64,000 bases of DNA from Rhodocyclaceae bacterium (lineage in GTDB: Bacteria; Pseudomonadota; Gammaproteobacteria; Burkholderiales; Rhodocyclaceae). The notes under the pieces are model-generated. The model had not been told where the DNA came from and made no database searches. It saw nothing but the letters and a program-made list of their open reading frames with translations. Location: NCBI GenBank assembly GCA_035530135.1, contig DATKVJ010000155.1, positions 35,020-99,019 of the forward strand. The letters run 5' to 3'. Position numbers and translations under genes: made by a program. How positions within the stretch are numbered: position 1 is the stretch's first letter; each line of letters opens with the position of its first letter. This document shows, piece after piece, positions 60,541 to 64,000 of this stretch.

Positions 60541-61773
60541 ATGAGCGCCCATCCACCATCGAATGACCAGAACAACGCCAACGGTAGAGCCGCCAGGCGT
60601 CGCCGGCTGATGCTCACGGCCATCGCCGTGTTCGTCATCGCCGGCGTGGCCTACGGCGGCTACCATTATTGGCGGTCGCTGCAAGAAGTCGATACCGACG
60701 ATGCCTTCGTCGGCGGTAACCTGGTGCAGATCACGCCCCAGGTGGGCGGCACGGTCACCGCCATCGCTGCCGACGACACGCAACTGGTGCAGGCCGGCCA
60801 GACCCTGGTCAAGCTCGACGCCGCCGATACCCGCTTGGCGCTGCGGCAGGCCGAGGCCCAGCTCGGCCAGGCGGTACGCGCGCTGCGCGTGAGCTACGCA
60901 CAAACCGCGGCCCTGCGAGCGCTGGTGGCGGTGCGCCAGAGCGACGTGGCCAGCGCCCAGGCCAATCTCGCCAAGGCCGAGGACGCGCTGCACCGGCGCC
61001 AGCCACTGGCCGGTAGCGGCGCGGTGGGCGGCGAGGAATTGCGCCAGGCACAGATCGCGCTGCGGGCGGCCAAGAGCGCGCTCGACACCGCCCAGGCGGG
61101 CGTCAGGGCTGCCCAGGCCCAGGCGGCGGCCAATGAAGCACAGACCGCCGGCAGCACGCTGGCGCGCAACCCGACCGTGCGCCTTGCTGCGGCGCGGGTG
61201 CGCGAGGCCTATCTGGCCTTTGAGCGCACCAGCATTCCTGCCCCGGTCACCGGCGTGGTGGCGCGGCGCACGGTGCAGCTGGGTCAGCGCGTCGCTCCCG
61301 GCATGCCGCTGATGATGGTGGTGCCGCTGACCGACGTATGGGTGGACGCCAACTTCAAGGAGGCCCAATTGCGCGAACTGCGTCTGGGACAACGGGCCAC
61401 GGTGGTGGCCGACCTCTATGGCAGCAAGGTCAGCTACGACGGCCGCGTGGTGGGCATTGCCGCCGGCAGCGGCGCGGCCTTCGCCTTGCTGCCGGCGCAG
61501 AATGCCACCGGCAACTGGATCAAGGTGGTGCAGCGCGTGCCGGTGCGCATCGCGCTCGATCCGGCGCAGCTGGCGAAGCATCCGCTGCGCGTGGGCCTAT
61601 CCATGGAAGTGACGGTGGCTATCTCCGACCACGGCGGCCCGCTGGTCATCGACGAGCCGCCCACCCAGCTAGCCGCGCAGACCGAGGTATACGCCGCCAA
61701 GTGGGACAAGGCCGACGCGCTGGTGGCGCGGATCATCGCCGCCAACAGCGGCAACCGAGGAGCGAGGCCATAA
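60541..61773 (+). CDS. emrA: HlyD/EmrA-family periplasmic adaptor
   Basis: 410 aa with an N-terminal TM, TDDAFVGGNLVQITPQVGG, a coiled-coil and the NWIKVVQRVPVRI motif. Confidence 0.9.
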   Translation: MSAHPPSNDQNNANGRAARRRRLMLTAIAVFVIAGVAYGGYHYWRSLQEVDTDDAFVGGNLVQITPQVGGTVTAIAADDTQLVQAGQTLVKLDAADTRLALRQAEAQLGQAVRALRVSYAQTAALRALVAVRQSDVASAQANLAKAEDALHRRQPLAGSGAVGGEELRQAQIALRAAKSALDTAQAGVRAAQAQAAANEAQTAGSTLARNPTVRLAAARVREAYLAFERTSIPAPVTGVVARRTVQLGQRVAPGMPLMMVVPLTDVWVDANFKEAQLRELRLGQRATVVADLYGSKVSYDGRVVGIAAGSGAAFALLPAQNATGNWIKVVQRVPVRIALDPAQLAKHPLRVGLSMEVTVAISDHGGPLVIDEPPTQLAAQTEVYAAKWDKADALVARIIAANSGNRGARP

Positions 61774-63368
61774 CCGACATCACCACGGTCGAAGAGGCGG
61801 CGGCGGGCGCCACGCCGGACCCGGTCCATCCGGCCCACCTCACACCGCTGTCCGGCAGCGCGCTGGTGCTGGGTACCCTGGCGCTGTCCCTGGCGACCTT
61901 CATGAACGTGCTCGACACGTCCATCGCCAACGTCTCCATTCCGGCGATCGCCGGCGACCTGGGCGTGAGTTCCAGCCAGGGCACCTGGGTGATCACCTCG
62001 TTCGGCGTCGCCAACGCCATCGCCGTGCCGCTCACCGGCTTTCTCACCCAGCGCTTCGGCGCGGTGAAGGTGTTCCTCACCAGCACCCTGCTGTTCGTGC
62101 TGTTCTCCTTCTTGTGCGGGCAGGCGCCCAGCCTGGAAATCCTGATCCTGTTCCGCGTGCTGCAAGGCGCCAGCGCCGGGCCGATGATCCCGCTGTCGCA
62201 AACCCTGCTGCTGTCCAGCTATCCGCCGCAGCGTTCGGGCATGGCCCTGGCCATGTGGTCGATGACCACCTTGGTCGCACCGATCACCGGGCCGCTCTTG
62301 GGCGGGTGGATCACCGACAACATTTCCTGGCCGTGGATTTTCTATATCAACATTCCGGTGGGGCTGATCGCGGCGGCCATCGCCTTCACCATCTATGCCA
62401 AACGCGAAACGCCGATGCGTAAGTTGCCCATCGACTGGACCGGACTCGGCCTGCTCATCGTCTGGGTGGGGGCGCTGCAGATCATGCTCGACAAGGGCGA
62501 GGAACTCGACTGGTTCAGCTCCAACGTCGTCGTCGCCCTGGCCGTGGCGGCCGCGGTGAGCTTCGTGCTGTTTCTCATCTGGGAGCTCTACGACGAGCAT
62601 CCGGTGGTCGATCTCAGCCTGTTCAAGCGGCCCAACTTCACGCTCGGCACCATCATGCTGGCGCTGGCCTACGGCATGTTTTTCGGCAGCCTGGTGCTGC
62701 TGCCGCTGTGGCTGCAGGAATTCGTCGGTTACACCGCCACCGATGCCGGCGAGGTGTTGGCTTGGGTGGGGCTGTTCGCGCTCCTGCTCATGCCCATCAT
62801 CGGTCGCTACATGAACCGCGTGGATACCCGCTGGATCACCACCGGCTCATTCCTCATCTTCGCACTGGTGTTCTGGATGCGCTCGAACTTCACCACCGGC
62901 GACAGCCTCTGGGCGTATTCGATCCCGACGGTGATCCAGGGCATCGCCACCGCCATGTTCTTCGTCCCGCTGCTGGGCATCATCCTCGGCGGCTTGCCGC
63001 CCCATCGCATCGCTGCCGCCTCCGGCTTGTCGAACTTTGCCCGGATCACCGCGGGCGCCTTCGGCACCTCCATCTACACCACGATGTGGACCAACCGCGC
63101 CAGCCTGCACCACGAGCAACTGGCCGCGCACATCTACGCCGGCAACCCGATCTCCGCGCCGGTGGTGCAGGGCCTGCAGAACGGCGGCTTCTCCCACGAT
63201 CAGGCGCTGGCCGTGATCGACCGCCTGATCGATCAGCAGGCCTACACCATCTCGGCGGACGAGATGTTCCGCCTGAGCGCCTGGCTGTTCCTCGGGCTGA
63301 TCCTGCTGGTGTGGCTGGTCAAGCCCGCCAGGGGCGGCGGACCGGTGGACGCCGGCGGGGCGCACTGA
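61770..63368 (+). CDS. emrB: DHA2-family MFS multidrug efflux permease (EmrB/QacA, 14 TM)
   Basis: ATFMNVLDTSIANVSIPAIAGDLGVSSSQGTWVITSF is the EmrB signature. The start is uncertain. No ATG/GTG/TTG lies between the emrA stop and GTG 61866, and in-frame GTG 61699 would overlap emrA by 75 nt. Confidence 0.85.
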   Translation: MTDITTVEEAAAGATPDPVHPAHLTPLSGSALVLGTLALSLATFMNVLDTSIANVSIPAIAGDLGVSSSQGTWVITSFGVANAIAVPLTGFLTQRFGAVKVFLTSTLLFVLFSFLCGQAPSLEILILFRVLQGASAGPMIPLSQTLLLSSYPPQRSGMALAMWSMTTLVAPITGPLLGGWITDNISWPWIFYINIPVGLIAAAIAFTIYAKRETPMRKLPIDWTGLGLLIVWVGALQIMLDKGEELDWFSSNVVVALAVAAAVSFVLFLIWELYDEHPVVDLSLFKRPNFTLGTIMLALAYGMFFGSLVLLPLWLQEFVGYTATDAGEVLAWVGLFALLLMPIIGRYMNRVDTRWITTGSFLIFALVFWMRSNFTTGDSLWAYSIPTVIQGIATAMFFVPLLGIILGGLPPHRIAAASGLSNFARITAGAFGTSIYTTMWTNRASLHHEQLAAHIYAGNPISAPVVQGLQNGGFSHDQALAVIDRLIDQQAYTISADEMFRLSAWLFLGLILLVWLVKPARGGGPVDAGGAH

Positions 63369-63386
63369 GCCGGCTCGGGGCTGCGC

Positions 63387-64000
63387 TCAAGCGGACCGGT
63401 AGCCCTGCGGGTTCAGGCGCTGCCAGCGCCAGGCGTCCTCGCACATCTTCTCCAGGCCGAATTTTGCGCGCCAGCCGAGGCGGTTCTCCGCGAGCGAAGG
63501 ATCGGCATAGCAGACGGCGATGTCCCCGGCCCGTCGCGGCATGATGCGATAGGGCACCCGACGGCCGCTCGCCTGCTCGAAGGCCCGGACCATTTCCAGC
63601 ACGCTGTAGCCGCGTCCGGTCCCGAGGTTGACCGTCATCACGCCGCCGGCTTGCAGGGCGTCGAGCGCTGCCAAGTGGCCGCGCCCGAGATCGACGACGT
63701 GAATGTAGTCGCGCACGCCGGTGCCGTCCGGCGTCGGGTAATCGTCGCCCCATACCGACAGTTCCTTCCGCCGGCCCACCGCAACCTGGCTGACATAGGG
63801 CATCAGATTGTTCGGAACGCCGTTCGGGTCCTCGCCCATGAGGCCGCTCTCATGGCCGCCGACGGGGTTGAAATAGCGCAGCAAGCCCACCCGCCAGGCG
63901 GCGTCGGCTCGCGCGATGTCGCGCAAGACGTCCTCGATCATCTGTTTGGTGCGCCCGTAGGGGTTGCTCGGGGCCAGGGGGAAATCCTCGCGGATCGGCA
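63387..64000 (-). CDS. galE: UDP-glucose 4-epimerase, C-terminal part (5' end outside the window)
   Basis: ..[27 protein letters not shown]....[30 protein letters not shown]...[19 protein letters not shown] are GalE motifs, including YxxxK. Confidence 0.9.
   Translation of the reverse strand, partial: PIREDFPLAPSNPYGRTKQMIEDVLRDIARADAAWRVGLLRYFNPVGGHESGLMGEDPNGVPNNLMPYVSQVAVGRRKELSVWGDDYPTPDGTGVRDYIHVVDLGRGHLAALDALQAGGVMTVNLGTGRGYSVLEMVRAFEQASGRRVPYRIMPRRAGDIAVCYADPSLAENRLGWRAKFGLEKMCEDAWRWQRLNPQGYRSA

Overview
High-GC (~65%) chromosomal core region of a betaproteobacterium, judged Rhodocyclales-like from gene content and synteny only. It is densely packed with housekeeping genes and has no obvious mobile element, CRISPR array or defence island. 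Gene blocks in order: (1) a GMC oxidoreductase fragment, bolA-yciI-yciB-msrB, dadA, a TPR-methyltransferase, DUF2863, and a lytic transglycosylase. (2) A self-contained formate dehydrogenase supercluster. The Moco/bis-MGD maturation genes moeA-mobA-fdhD-moaA lie on the minus strand. Diverging from them are DUF3305-DUF3306-polyferredoxin-TorD-like chaperone-small TAT-target protein-fdhA (Cys type)-fdhB-lipoprotein-fdhC-small secreted protein. (3) A decayed MFS gene beside tRNA-Asn, an unusual wHTH-like/TM/AsmA-like protein, tyrB, uvrB, and rne with a long leader. (4) rluC, HAD, Rieske, sppA, maf, and yceD-rpmF-plsX-fabHDG-acpP-fabF. (5) nadB, then divergently rpoE-rseA-rseB-degP-grx-lepA-lepB-DUF4845-rnc-era-recO-pdxJ-acpS, then nagZ. 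(6) efp-earP, a family-5-like UDG, uvrC, and pgsA-tRNA-Gly-tRNA-Cys. (7) A marR-OMP-emrA-emrB efflux operon and a partial galE. The most unusual non-genic signal I found is a conserved ~110-140 nt intergenic element. It occurs in direct orientation right after the era and acpS stop codons, so it brackets recO-pdxJ-acpS. Each copy runs into near-identical translation-initiation regions of recO and nagZ, and there may be a degenerate third copy upstream of rpoE. The many long ORFs antisense to real genes are GC-driven shadow ORFs and were rejected.
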